DNA of 64,000 nt from Bacillota bacterium (GTDB taxonomy: Bacteria > Bacillota > SHA-98 > Ch115 > JABLXJ01): positions 156,631 to 220,630 of the forward strand of contig JABLXJ010000006.1 in assembly GCA_013178125.1 (NCBI GenBank), written 5' to 3'. The translations under genes and the position numbers were made by a program. The notes beneath the pieces were generated by a model that worked only from the letters and a program-made list of their open reading frames with translations, did not search any database and was not told where the DNA came from. Position 1 is the stretch's first letter, and each line of letters begins with the position of its first letter. Below are positions 1-9,391 of this stretch, piece after piece.

Positions 1-3000
1 GAAGCCGGGCCCTGAGTTCCCCTGGGTCTCCCCCGCCTTTCATACCCGTCTTCCTACCTGAGGCGAGGGCTGCAAGACAGCGTGAGAGGTGGAATTCGTC
101 CCCGGGGTTCACAATGCATTTCAGAAAGGCCAGGGCTGCGCGAACGCCTCTATCCTCGAGGAAGCTCTCGCGCCCCACGATGCGATATGGGATGCCCTCC
201 TTCAGGAAGCATTCCTCCAGGACCTCGCCCTGGCGCCCCGTGCGGAAGAGGACGGCGATATCCGAGAAACTCCTGCTCACATCGCCCGCGCCCGCACCTG
301 GTCCCGCATTGCCCGAATCTGGAAGCCCGGCAGCCAGCCTCTCTGGCCCGGCTTCGTCCCGGAATTCGCCCCGGGCTTCGCCCTGCCGGCCACCGCCCTG
401 GCCGTGGGCCTGGAGCATGGTCGCGCCCCCGACCATACGCCCTATCTCCCTTACAATTGCAATCCCCTCGGCGATCTCCCCCGGGACTTCGATGTGGCGT
501 ATCCTGGGACCGTCGCCTCTGGCGGATTCGAGCTCGAACCCTGCGCAATCCCGGTTATGGGCTATGACCGCCGAGGCGGCCCGGAGGATCTGGGATGTCG
601 AACGGTAGTTCACTCTGAGCCTGTAAACGCTGGAACCGGGGAAATCCTCCTTGAGCCTGTCGAAAAACCTGTGATCTGACCCTCGGAACCCGTAGATCGC
701 CTGGTCCGGGTCTCCGATTACGAAGAGCCGGGTGCCGTCGCCCGCCCAGAGCTTCACGAGTTCATATTGAATGGGGTTTACATCCTGGAATTCGTCGACC
801 AGGAGGTGTGTGAAGCGGTCGAGCCACCCCTCCGGCAGGCTGGCTCCCGCCAGGCCGGTCTCCCGCCCGCCTTGCCGCAGCAGGCGCACGGCCTCGAGGA
901 GTATGTCGTCATAATCGAGGGCCATGTATCGGGCCAGCCTTTCCTGGTAAGCCTGATAGACTTGGGATATCTCCCCGCCCGGGGCGAGGGCCGCAGCATC
1001 GGATGGCCCGATGCCCCGGCCCTTCAGGAGCGAGATATATCTCTGAGCCTCCCTCGCGTTGATGCGCCTCCCGGTCCCGTACTCCCTCAGGGTCTCCTCG
1101 ATGACTGCCCGGGAATCGAATTCATCGAGGATAACCAGGGGTCCGGTGCGGCCCGTTGAAGCCTTGAGCATGTCCAGGCAGATACTGTGAAATGTCCCTA
1201 TGGTAATAGCTTCCAGACCGTCCATGCTATTGCCCGGGCCGACGCCATCAATTCTGTGGCCGTTATTAATATTAATACTGTTGACGATGTCCCTGACACG
1301 CGTCCGCATCTCGCCGGCGGCCTTATTGGTGAATGTGACGGCCGTGATCTGCCCGGGGTCCACGCCGCGTTCCTTGATCAGATAGACAATGCGGTGGGCA
1401 AGGGTGCGGGTCTTGCCGGTGCCTGGGCCGGCGATCACAATGATGGGGCCGGATCCTGCCGTGACTACCTCGCGCTGGTCACGGTTGAGCCCGGCAGCCG
1501 CACCCACCAAGGCTTCGTGGGAAGGGGCGGGTGCCGTGGTCGGGGCTGGTGCATGAGCCGCAATCCTGGCTGAAGCATCCAGGGTTGCGGCTGCATCGAC
1601 TGCATCGGTTGCACCGGCCGTGGCGGGCGCATCGGCTATAGCACTTGCCCTGGTTGCAGCGATTGCAGGGGCCGCTGAAGCGGTAGTGGCGGCAGGCTCG
1701 GCAAGGAAGCCCGATTCAGCTAAAAACGAACCAGAAGGCGAGCTCGATGGCAGGAAACCGAACAGGCTGCCCTGCCCCTGCAGGCGCCGCCTATCCTCCT
1801 CGCGCATTATCACGATGCTGCCGTACTCGCCGTCGAACCCGGGCTTGATCTCGACCTCGCCCGCCCTGACCCTCCGGATCGCCTCGGCTACGGCCGGGCC
1901 GGCTATGGACCTTACATCCTCGATAGAGGACTCCCTCAGGACCGTAAGCTCGGGGCCGAGGGCTCGTATGAGCGCCAGGTATTGCTCGCGCACCTGCTTC
2001 GAGGACTCGCCGACGCCGATGGCCGAGGCGATAACCTGCCCGAGGGGCACCAGGCTCTCGAAGTGCCGCGCAGCCGGGGGGGGCGCCCCCTCGGGCCTGT
2101 CGGCGAGCTCCTCGACCCTGTGAAGGACCCCAACCGTGACCCCCCGGCCGCACGCGGGGCAGATCCCACCCGCCGCCCGGGTCTGGGATGGCTTCCACCG
2201 GACCCCGCACCCCCTGTGCCCATCATAGTGGTATTTCCCCTCCTCGGGGAAGAATTCCAGGGTCCCGATGAACCGCGCGGGATCGCGATCTCGGAGGGCC
2301 TCGCGTATGGCGTCGAAGGATAACCCGGTATCGAAGATATTCGCCTCGCGGGCGAGGTTGGCCGGGGAATGGGCATCAGAATTGGAAACCAGCGCGAAGC
2401 GGTCGAGCGCCGAGAAACGCCAGTTCATCGGCGGGTCCGATGAAAGGCCGGTCTCCACGGCATAGATGTGTCCGGTGAGGTCGTCGAAGCACTCCTCGAT
2501 CGCGTCGAATCCCGAGTTCGCGCCGAAGAGCGAGAAATGGGGGGTCCAGATGTGAGCCGGTATGAATAGAGCCTCTGGGCACGCCTCCAGGGTCATCTCC
2601 AGGAGGATGCGGCTATCGAGCCCCAGGATCGGCCGCCCGTCTGAGTGTATATTGCCCACCTGTTCTAGGCGGCTGCTCAGCGCGTCTGCCGCCTCGAAAC
2701 TTGGGAGGAGGATGAGGTGGTGAATCTTGCGGGTTCTCCCGGCCTTCTTATAGATGGTGCTGATCTCGCCGGCGAGGACGAATCTGACCTGGGCCCCGCC
2801 CAGCCAGGGGATGCCATCGGCGGCCCGGCGGCCGGCAGCATCCAAGAATTCATCCTTCAGCTTGTAAGTCCCGTAGCCATCCGGAGCGGGCTCCAATTTT
2901 TGACGCAGCTCCTCCCGCCACCCGGGGTGGGTGAAATCCCCCGTGCCTACTAGCGTGAGCCCTTTGTATGCCGCCCAGCGGTGGAGTTCCTCAGGGGTGC

Positions 3001-3061
3001 AGTCCCCGCTCGTAGCCCTTGAATAACGCGAGTGGATGTGTAAATCAGCAATAAACCTCAT
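1..3061 (-). CDS. Endonuclease-Q-like PHP/zinc-ribbon nuclease fused in frame to a UvrD/PcrA-family SF1 DNA helicase. Partial: the C-terminus lies beyond the window start.
   Basis: Hand translation of the minus strand from an ATG at ~3059-3061 gives MRFIADLHIHSRYSRATSGDC...CPVCGRGVTVGVLHRVEEL...GFDGEYGSIVIM. Over its first ~420 aa this is ~80% identical to the standalone EndoQ-like ORF at 8129..9391. The frame then stays open through an Ala/Thr-rich linker into helicase motif I (GPIIVIAGPGTGKTRTLAHRI), Ia (TFTNKAAGEMRTRV), II (LLVDEFQDVNPIQYELV), III (VIGDPDQAIYGFRG), IV (VNYRSTSQIL) and an IAVLFRTGRQGEVLEE...GIPYRIVG motif. Both the nuclease start and the Walker-A codons are in the same frame (high coordinate = 1 mod 3). 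The ORF is absent from the track only because it has no stop inside the window; the other two minus frames hold the short track ORFs. Its start overlaps the DUF763 stop (ATGA). Confidence 0.72.
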   Translation of the reverse strand, partial: MRFIADLHIHSRYSRATSGDCTPEELHRWAAYKGLTLVGTGDFTHPGWREELRQKLEPAPDGYGTYKLKDEFLDAAGRRAADGIPWLGGAQVRFVLAGEISTIYKKAGRTRKIHHLILLPSFEAADALSSRLEQVGNIHSDGRPILGLDSRILLEMTLEACPEALFIPAHIWTPHFSLFGANSGFDAIEECFDDLTGHIYAVETGLSSDPPMNWRFSALDRFALVSNSDAHSPANLAREANIFDTGLSFDAIREALRDRDPARFIGTLEFFPEEGKYHYDGHRGCGVRWKPSQTRAAGGICPACGRGVTVGVLHRVEELADRPEGAPPPAARHFESLVPLGQVIASAIGVGESSKQVREQYLALIRALGPELTVLRESSIEDVRSIAGPAVAEAIRRVRAGEVEIKPGFDGEYGSIVIMREEDRRRLQGQGSLFGFLPSSSPSGSFLAESGFLAEPAATTASAAPAIAATRASAIADAPATAGATDAVDAAATLDASARIAAHAPAPTTAPAPSHEALVGAAAGLNRDQREVVTAGSGPIIVIAGPGTGKTRTLAHRIVYLIKERGVDPGQITAVTFTNKAAGEMRTRVRDIVNSININNGHRIDGVGPGNSMDGLEAITIGTFHSICLDMLKASTGRTGPLVILDEFDSRAVIEETLREYGTGRRINAREAQRYISLLKGRGIGPSDAAALAPGGEISQVYQAYQERLARYMALDYDDILLEAVRLLRQGGRETGLAGASLPEGWLDRFTHLLVDEFQDVNPIQYELVKLWAGDGTRLFVIGDPDQAIYGFRGSDHRFFDRLKEDFPGSSVYRLRVNYRSTSQILRAASAVIAHNRDCAGFELESARGDGPRIRHIEVPGEIAEGIAIVREIGRMVGGATMLQAHGQGGGRQGEARGEFRDEAGPERLAAGLPDSGNAGPGAGAGDVSRSFSDIAVLFRTGRQGEVLEECFLKEGIPYRIVGRESFLEDRGVRAALAFLKCIVNPGDEFHLSRCLAALASGRKTGMKGGGDPGELRARL
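2135..2274. repeat. Near-identical nucleotide segment shared between the two EndoQ-like paralogs (copy 1)
   Basis: About 140 nt are almost identical to 8462..8601 (e.g. gtctgggatggcttccaccggaccccgcaccccctgtgcccatcatagtggtatt...gaagaattccagggtcccgatgaacc). Flanking parts of the genes are only ~75% identical. Confidence 0.6.
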
Positions 3062-4155
3062 GAATTGCTTGATCCCTCCCTGGCCTCGCCCCTCCAGGCC
3101 GCAAGCCGCCTGAGCGCTTTCAACTTATCTGTCTGGCCCAGCCTGGCCCTGCGCAGGGCGTCCTCGAGGACCTGGATGGACCTGTCGTAGCTGGCCCGGT
3201 TAACGGGGAATGGGTGGCCGTCCTTGCCGCCATGTGCGAAGGAATACCTGACAGGGTCCCTGCGGCTCGCCCTGGCGCCATAGGTCACCTCGGCGACCAT
3301 GGCCAGCGCCCTGATAGTGGCCGGGCCGACGCCGGGGGTGGAGAGGAGCGTCTCGAAGTCCTCGGGCTGGCGTTCATACGCCGCCCGTAAGGCCTTCGCG
3401 AGCCTGGCTGTCCCGGGGATGGCGTGTGCGGAGGGGAGGCTCAACACCTTTCCCGCCTCTTCGAGGATCACGCCCGTTTCCACCCTGGCCAAAAGGGTTG
3501 AAGCTTCGCGGGCCTTATCGCTCTCGGCGGCCACCATATTGAGGACCTCGCCGGCGTGGATGCGATCGGACGAGATGCCCGCGTGCGGCTCGCAGACGAA
3601 GCTGAAATCCCCCAAGGTCTGACCGATCCAGTGATAGCGCCTGGCCCAGCCCGTCCTATCGTTCATGCCCTGCTGGACCACGGCCCAGCTGCCGTCCGCC
3701 GTAAAAACAAACAGGTGATGGTATATATCATACCCATCCTGGAGCGCTGCGGAGTCCACCTTGGCGGCCATCCTGCTCGCATACTGCAGATTGACGAGCG
3801 CTGAGGGGAGGCCATGCCTCTCGCACGCATCTGCGATCTCCAGGGGCGTCTTCCGGGAGGTTGCGCCCTTGCCGCCTGCGAAAAAGATGCCGAGATCGCC
3901 CTCGCGGGCGCGCAATCCCTCCTTGAGCGCCCCGCAGACAGTGGTCGTGATGCCGGATGAGTGCCAGTCGAAGCCAAGGACGCACCCGAGCGCCTGGAAC
4001 CACACAGGGTCGGAGAGGCGCTGCAAGACCTCCCGGGGACCGAATTCCTCCACGATAATCTCGATTATCGCGGCCCCCAGCAGCTTCATCCGGGAAAAGA
4101 GCCATGCAGGGCACTTGCCGGAGTGGAGGGGCAGGTTTGCCGTACCGCTTCTCAT
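3058..4155 (-). CDS. DUF763-family protein carrying a helix-hairpin-helix DNA-binding motif
   Basis: 365-aa track ORF. I recognise the sequence as DUF763 (PF05559), and a recognisable HhH motif LLSTPGVGPATIRALAMV is present. A GGGGGAG RBS lies ~9 nt upstream, and the stop overlaps the start of the EndoQ::UvrD fusion. Confidence 0.55.
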   Translation of the reverse strand: MRSGTANLPLHSGKCPAWLFSRMKLLGAAIIEIIVEEFGPREVLQRLSDPVWFQALGCVLGFDWHSSGITTTVCGALKEGLRAREGDLGIFFAGGKGATSRKTPLEIADACERHGLPSALVNLQYASRMAAKVDSAALQDGYDIYHHLFVFTADGSWAVVQQGMNDRTGWARRYHWIGQTLGDFSFVCEPHAGISSDRIHAGEVLNMVAAESDKAREASTLLARVETGVILEEAGKVLSLPSAHAIPGTARLAKALRAAYERQPEDFETLLSTPGVGPATIRALAMVAEVTYGARASRRDPVRYSFAHGGKDGHPFPVNRASYDRSIQVLEDALRRARLGQTDKLKALRRLAAWRGEAREGSSNS

Positions 4156-4219
4156 GTCGGGTCGCTCCCCCTTTCATCAACGAGCATACCACAAGATGGC
4201 ATGATGGACAATGATCAGC

Positions 4220-5422
4220 CTACTCATACCGCAGGGCCTGGATAGGGTCCAGATTCGCGGCCTTGTAAGCGGGATAAACCCCGAATATGAGGCCAACAAG
4301 CGAGCTCGAGGCAAAGGCTATAGCCACTGCCAGGGGTGACACGCTGGCGGGGATCGGAGAGACGGCAGCAATCAGATGAGCCCCGAGGGCTCCAAGTATT
4401 ATTCCGATAACGCCCCCTGTGAGGCACAACATTATCGCCTCAATGACAAACTGGCGCAGGACGTCCCCCTTCCTGGCCCCGACCGCCTTCCTTATCCCGA
4501 TCTCCCGGGTGCGCTCGGTCACGGTGACCAACATGATATTCATCACGCCTATCCCGCCCACAAGCAGGGAGATGCCCCCTATCCCGCCGAGGATGGCCGT
4601 GAAGATCGCCAGGATCACCCCGGCGGATTCGAGAAAGGACTCGGAGCTCTGGGTGAGAAACTTGTTGTTCTCGCCATAGCGCCGTCGCAAAAAGGCGTTG
4701 ACCTCGTCCACCGCCAGCCTCACCGACTCAACGCCGGTCGCCTGCGCCAGGACGAAAGATATCCTGTCCGACCCCGTGAGCCTCCGCGCGATGCTCGCCG
4801 GGAGGTAAACGTAGGAATCTTCCGTGTCCATGCCACCAAATAGGCCGCTCTGTCCCCTCCGCTTCATAACGCCGATTACGGTGCAGCTGAAGTCATTGAT
4901 CCTGATAGTTTCGCCAATAGGGTCCCTGGACCCGAAGAGCTTATCAGCTATATCCCAGCCGAGGACCGCAACCGTGCGCCTCCCACGGACGTCGGACTCG
5001 GAGAAGAATCTCCCTGCATCCATGCTGAAGCCCTGCATCCAGGCGAATTCATCGTTTACGCAGACCATGGTCGTCGCTTCATCCTCACTCCCATATTTCA
5101 CGGTCCCTCTTGCGTTGATATGAGGGCTCACGTAGCGAAGGTGGGGGCATGAGGTCTTCAAGAGATCGACGTCTTCAAATGATAGATACGGGATATCTCC
5201 CATCCTCACGTCTTCATTGTAGTAGTTCGGCTGGACGAACACCATATTGGAGCCCATCCCCTCGAGCTCCCCGGTTACCTCGAGGCGCGCGCCCTCGCCG
5301 ATCGAGACCATGGTTATGACAGACGCGACGCCGATGACGATGCCGAGCAGGGTGAGCGCCGAACGGAGCTTATTTGCCATGATGCTGGCGAGAGCCAGGC
5401 TGACGTATTCCCTAAATCCCAT
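4220..5422 (-). CDS. ABC transporter permease, MacB/FtsX family (periplasmic core domain plus FtsX)
   Basis: 400-aa ORF with an N-terminal TM helix, a large extracytoplasmic domain and a C-terminal 3-TM FtsX-like region with conserved motifs. Confidence 0.8.
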   Translation of the reverse strand: MGFREYVSLALASIMANKLRSALTLLGIVIGVASVITMVSIGEGARLEVTGELEGMGSNMVFVQPNYYNEDVRMGDIPYLSFEDVDLLKTSCPHLRYVSPHINARGTVKYGSEDEATTMVCVNDEFAWMQGFSMDAGRFFSESDVRGRRTVAVLGWDIADKLFGSRDPIGETIRINDFSCTVIGVMKRRGQSGLFGGMDTEDSYVYLPASIARRLTGSDRISFVLAQATGVESVRLAVDEVNAFLRRRYGENNKFLTQSSESFLESAGVILAIFTAILGGIGGISLLVGGIGVMNIMLVTVTERTREIGIRKAVGARKGDVLRQFVIEAIMLCLTGGVIGIILGALGAHLIAAVSPIPASVSPLAVAIAFASSSLVGLIFGVYPAYKAANLDPIQALRYE

Positions 5423-5461
5423 ATCAATCCGTTATCCTCCAAGCGTTCGTCGAAGATGGTC

Positions 5462-7075
5462 TCAGGAGCGTTTCTCCCCTCCACGCGTTCCAGCCACCGC
5501 GCCTGCTGTCTCTACCTTTACGGCATCCCCATCCTTCAGGGTCTTCAGGGCCTGATAGCTCCCGGTGACCACCTCATCACCGGGCTTGATGCCGCTCAGT
5601 ATCTCCGTGTCCGTAGCGGTCTCCATCCCCGTCCCGACCTCGACCTCCCGGGCCTTCCCGTCTCTCACCACAAACACGACCTTGCGGGCCTTTTGAGCGC
5701 CTGCCGCCTGGCTCCGGCTCTCTGGTGACCCTGGCCCTGGTGACCGCCCACCCGACTCCCGGCCTGTCACCTCACGCTCGACAACGGCCTGGCTCGGGAC
5801 GGATACCACCTTCTCCCTATCATACACGACTATCTGGGCATCAGCGGTCATACCCGGGCGCAGGGTCTCATCCCCATTATCCACGGATACCTCCACGGTA
5901 AACTTCGGGACGGACCCATCCAGCGTAGCCTGCGGGGCGATCCTCTCGACCCTCCCCGCGAACTCGCGCGACGGGGCTGCATCGCAGGTGACCCTGACGG
6001 TCTGACCCACCTTCACCTTGCCGATGTCCACCTCATCCACCTTCGCCTTCAAGATGATGCGGTCAAGGTCGAGGATGGTCATGAGTAGGGTGCCTTCCTG
6101 CATAGCCCCTCCCTCTTTCGCGGCGATTCCAGCCACGACCCCTGAAATGCCGGCCTTCACGTCCTTTGCTGCAAGCTGCCTCTCCGCCCTTGCACAGGCG
6201 GCCTCAGCCTGCTGTATCCTCAGCTCGAGAGCCCTCCTGCGCTGCGACTGCGACCTGGCAGCATTAATCGCGAGCTCCAGGCCGATCTCGGCATCCTTGA
6301 CCTCCGAGCGGGCCACGACGAGTTGGGATTCGGTTGGGCCTTCGATAATATCATCATATTGCCTCCTGGCAGACTCATAGCGCGCCCGCGCGATCTTCTC
6401 CTGGGTGGCTGCCTCATTGAATGCGTTCCTGGAGACGGCGCCCGCCTCAAACAGGGATCGCATCTTTGAAAGATTCGCCTCGGCATCGCGCAGCGTTACG
6501 CCGGCCTCATCAAGGGCCGCCTTAGCCTGGGCGACCTTCGCATCCTCGGGCCCGGCCTCGAGCTCCGCCAGGCGCGCCCTCGCCGCCTCGAGCCTCGCCC
6601 GGGCCTGGGCAACCTTTGGGTCGCCGGCAGGATCGCCGTGACCGCCGCGCCCCGCGGCACCGCTCCCGGCGCCCCCAGCGCTTCCAGCTGAGGCATCGAG
6701 CTCGGCAAGGTCAGCCCTTGCCGCCGCCAGAGCCGCCCTGGCTTCATCAAACTGCAGTTTGAGGTCGGATGACTTAAACGCCAAAAGGACCTGGCCCTGT
6801 TCCACCCTGTCCCCGTCCTTGACGTAGAGCCGCTCGACCAGCCCTGAAATCGGGCTCCTGACCTCATATGAGCGGGAGGACTCTATAACGCCCGAGCCAG
6901 GCACCGTGGCCGTAAACCTTCCCTCCCGCGCAACGGCCGTCTCCACGGATTTCCCGGGCGGGCTGAATAACCCCTTTTTCTTCGCAACGACGCCGATCCC
7001 CAGGCTCACCGCGACAATAACCAGGATCGCAACAAGCCCGAACAGCGCTTTCCTCCAGGATACTCTGCGGGACAA
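5462..7075 (-). CDS. HlyD/MacA-family periplasmic adaptor (efflux) subunit
   Basis: 537 aa with an N-terminal TM anchor, a long Ala-rich coiled-coil plus a Gly/Ala low-complexity insert, and beta-barrel/lipoyl-like motifs. It lies directly upstream of the FtsX permease. Confidence 0.8.
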   Translation of the reverse strand: MSRRVSWRKALFGLVAILVIVAVSLGIGVVAKKKGLFSPPGKSVETAVAREGRFTATVPGSGVIESSRSYEVRSPISGLVERLYVKDGDRVEQGQVLLAFKSSDLKLQFDEARAALAAARADLAELDASAGSAGGAGSGAAGRGGHGDPAGDPKVAQARARLEAARARLAELEAGPEDAKVAQAKAALDEAGVTLRDAEANLSKMRSLFEAGAVSRNAFNEAATQEKIARARYESARRQYDDIIEGPTESQLVVARSEVKDAEIGLELAINAARSQSQRRRALELRIQQAEAACARAERQLAAKDVKAGISGVVAGIAAKEGGAMQEGTLLMTILDLDRIILKAKVDEVDIGKVKVGQTVRVTCDAAPSREFAGRVERIAPQATLDGSVPKFTVEVSVDNGDETLRPGMTADAQIVVYDREKVVSVPSQAVVEREVTGRESGGRSPGPGSPESRSQAAGAQKARKVVFVVRDGKAREVEVGTGMETATDTEILSGIKPGDEVVTGSYQALKTLKDGDAVKVETAGAVAGTRGGEKRS

Positions 7076-7376
7076 TCTACGTCACCTCGCCTTAGCTGGT
7101 GCCTTATATGGCCAAACCCGTAATAGGAATATGATTAGTTGCCTGCAGCGGAATTGTTGCTCCAAAAGCCTAAAATTCTTCTTCCTATCCTGTATATCCT
7201 TCCGGGGCCTATCATAATTTTACGATAGGAGCCAGGCAATTCATGAAGGAAAATAGCTGGTACGCCCGAAGTATTAAGGAAAGAGGCCTAAAAACTGGCT
7301 GCTCCCTGAATAGAGATTGACCTGAATCCGAGATTGGCAAAAGATCGACTTGTATATGGAAGGAGCATGATTTCTT

Positions 7377-8090
7377 ATGGTTTCTGAAATAAATCCGGGG
7401 ACGGGGGGAAATGGCGAGGGGGATAAGCGCCGACCCGGTCCTGTCGAGCGGTTTCTCACCATCATGATCGACCCTGCAGGGACATTCAAGGATATAGTCG
7501 AGCGCCCGGACTTCGCGATCCCTGTTGTCCTGGCGGTCCTCACGGCGCTTCTGGGAATTCCCGTCGCGATGCATTCGGTCAAGAACCTGCCCCCGCAGCC
7601 CGGCGTGCCGCCAGCTCTGATGAGCCCCGCCGTTGCCGGGGGCATCGCGGCCGTATCAGCCCTCGTGATGCTCCTCATCTGGTGGCCGGTGCGGGCGCTC
7701 ATATTCATGGGCCTCGGCGCCGCGCTCGGTTCGCGCGTTGATTTCAAGAAGAGCCTCGCGGTGGCGGGCTATCTCAATTACTCCGCGTTTATCTCGTCGC
7801 TGATCTCGGCCATAACCATGCTCGCCCTGGGATCCCCCGTGATGCCCGGCCTCGGAATGGGGCTATCGCCGGAGCAGCTTGCGACGCCCAGGGGGGTATT
7901 GCTCTCCAATCTGAATATAGGCTCTCTTATCTACATCTATCTGAGCATATTCGGCCTCTCCGAGCTGTGGAGGACGTCCCGTGCACGGGCCCTGGCGGCC
8001 ACCGTGATAATGTGGGCGCTTGTCCTCGCGGCGAGCGCCGGCCTGGCAAAGCTGGGGGAGAGCTTCCGCGGGTTGGTCCCGAGGCAATGA
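7377..8090 (+). CDS. Yip1-family integral membrane protein
   Basis: 237 aa with five hydrophobic segments after a soluble N-terminus; the pattern resembles the Yip1/DUF1282 family. Confidence 0.5.
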   Translation: MVSEINPGTGGNGEGDKRRPGPVERFLTIMIDPAGTFKDIVERPDFAIPVVLAVLTALLGIPVAMHSVKNLPPQPGVPPALMSPAVAGGIAAVSALVMLLIWWPVRALIFMGLGAALGSRVDFKKSLAVAGYLNYSAFISSLISAITMLALGSPVMPGLGMGLSPEQLATPRGVLLSNLNIGSLIYIYLSIFGLSELWRTSRARALAATVIMWALVLAASAGLAKLGESFRGLVPRQ

Positions 8091-8128
8091 AAATGAAGGT
8101 GGAAAGGTAAAGGTGAAGCGTAAAGCGG

Positions 8129-9391
8129 TTATATAATCTCGATCTTACCATACTCACCATCGAAGCCGGGGGTGATATTGACCTCGCCCGCCCTCACCCG
8201 CCGGACGGCCTCGGCTATCTCCGGGCCGGCGACGCGCGCCAGGTCATCGATGGCGATGTCGCGCAGGATCGAAAGCTCTGGACCGAGCTCCCTGAGCATG
8301 GCGTAGTAGCGTGCCTGGACCTTTTTAGTCGATTCGCCGACCCCCAAGGCGGAGGCGATGACCTCAGATAGGGGTATGAGGCTCTCGAAGTGCCGCGCAG
8401 CCGGGGGCGTCGCCCCCTCGGGCCTGTCGGCGAGCTCCTCGACCCGGTGGAGGACCCCGACCGTGACCCTCCGGCCGCACACGGGGCATATCCCGCCCGC
8501 CGCCCGGGTCTGGGATGGCTTCCACCGGACCCCGCACCCCCTGTGCCCATCATAGTGGTATTTTCCCTCCTCGGGGAAGAATTCCAGGGTCCCGATGAAC
8601 CCATCCGGATCGCGTCTCCGGAGCGCCTCCCTTATAGCGGTATAGGATAGCTCCGTATCAAAGATGTTGGCCTCGCGGGCCAACTTGCGCGGTGAGTGAG
8701 CATCGGAATTCGATGTGAGGGTAAACCGGTCGAGCGCTGAAAGCCGCCAGTTCATCGGCGGGTCCGATGAAAGGCCGGTCTCAACCGTGCAGATGTATTC
8801 GACCAGGTCCCCGTAACACTCGTCGATCCTGTCAAATCCAGAGTGGGCGCCAAACACCGAGAAATGGGGCGTCCAGATGTGAGCCGGTATGAATAAAGCC
8901 TCCGGGCATATATCAAGGGTCATTTGAAGGAGTTCGCGGCTATCGAGCCCCAGGATCGGCCGGCCGTCGGAGCGGAGGTTCCCGATCCCGTCCAGGCGCC
9001 GGCTCAATTCATCTGCGGCATCGAAGCTAGGCAGGAGTATGAGGTTGTGAATCTTGCGGGTCCTCCCGGCCTTCTTGTATATGGTGCTGATCTCGCCCGA
9101 GAGCATGAATCTGACCTGTACCCCACCCAGCCAGGGGATCCCCTCGGCAGAGGCTTCATCCACGACTGCCCTGCGAAATTCATCCTTGAGCAGGTAGGTT
9201 CCATCGCCGTCCTCGGCGGATTCCAGCTTCTGCCTGAGCTCTTCCCGCCACGCAGGATGGGTGAAATCCCCCGTACCAACGAGGGCGACCCCCTTGTAAG
9301 CCGCCCAGCGGTAGAGCCCCTCAGGCACGCAATCCTTGCTTGTAGCCCGTGAGTAGTGTGAATGAATGTGTAGATCGGCGATGAACCTCAT
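8129..9391 (-). CDS. Endonuclease Q-like protein (PHP-like N-terminal nuclease fold plus C-terminal zinc ribbon), standalone paralog
   Basis: 420 aa beginning MRFIADLHIHSHYSRATS with a ...CPVCGRRVTVGVLHRVEEL zinc ribbon. It is a paralog of the N-terminal part of the ORF at 1..3061. Confidence 0.7.
   Translation of the reverse strand: MRFIADLHIHSHYSRATSKDCVPEGLYRWAAYKGVALVGTGDFTHPAWREELRQKLESAEDGDGTYLLKDEFRRAVVDEASAEGIPWLGGVQVRFMLSGEISTIYKKAGRTRKIHNLILLPSFDAADELSRRLDGIGNLRSDGRPILGLDSRELLQMTLDICPEALFIPAHIWTPHFSVFGAHSGFDRIDECYGDLVEYICTVETGLSSDPPMNWRLSALDRFTLTSNSDAHSPRKLAREANIFDTELSYTAIREALRRRDPDGFIGTLEFFPEEGKYHYDGHRGCGVRWKPSQTRAAGGICPVCGRRVTVGVLHRVEELADRPEGATPPAARHFESLIPLSEVIASALGVGESTKKVQARYYAMLRELGPELSILRDIAIDDLARVAGPEIAEAVRRVRAGEVNITPGFDGEYGKIEII
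8462..8601. repeat. Near-identical nucleotide segment shared between the two EndoQ-like paralogs (copy 2)
   Basis: See 2135..2274. The mosaic identity suggests gene conversion. Confidence 0.6.

Noticed and set aside
82-2123. Plus-strand track ORFs (82..567, 89..679, 114..608, 767..1159, 1187..1573, 1620..2123) and minus-strand ORFs in the two other frames (150..548, 1791..2210, 1936..2376, 2376..2582)
   Set aside because: They are antisense or out of frame to the long open minus-strand frame that yields coherent EndoQ and UvrD motifs. They have a typical high-GC spurious ORF composition (Arg/Pro/Gly-rich).
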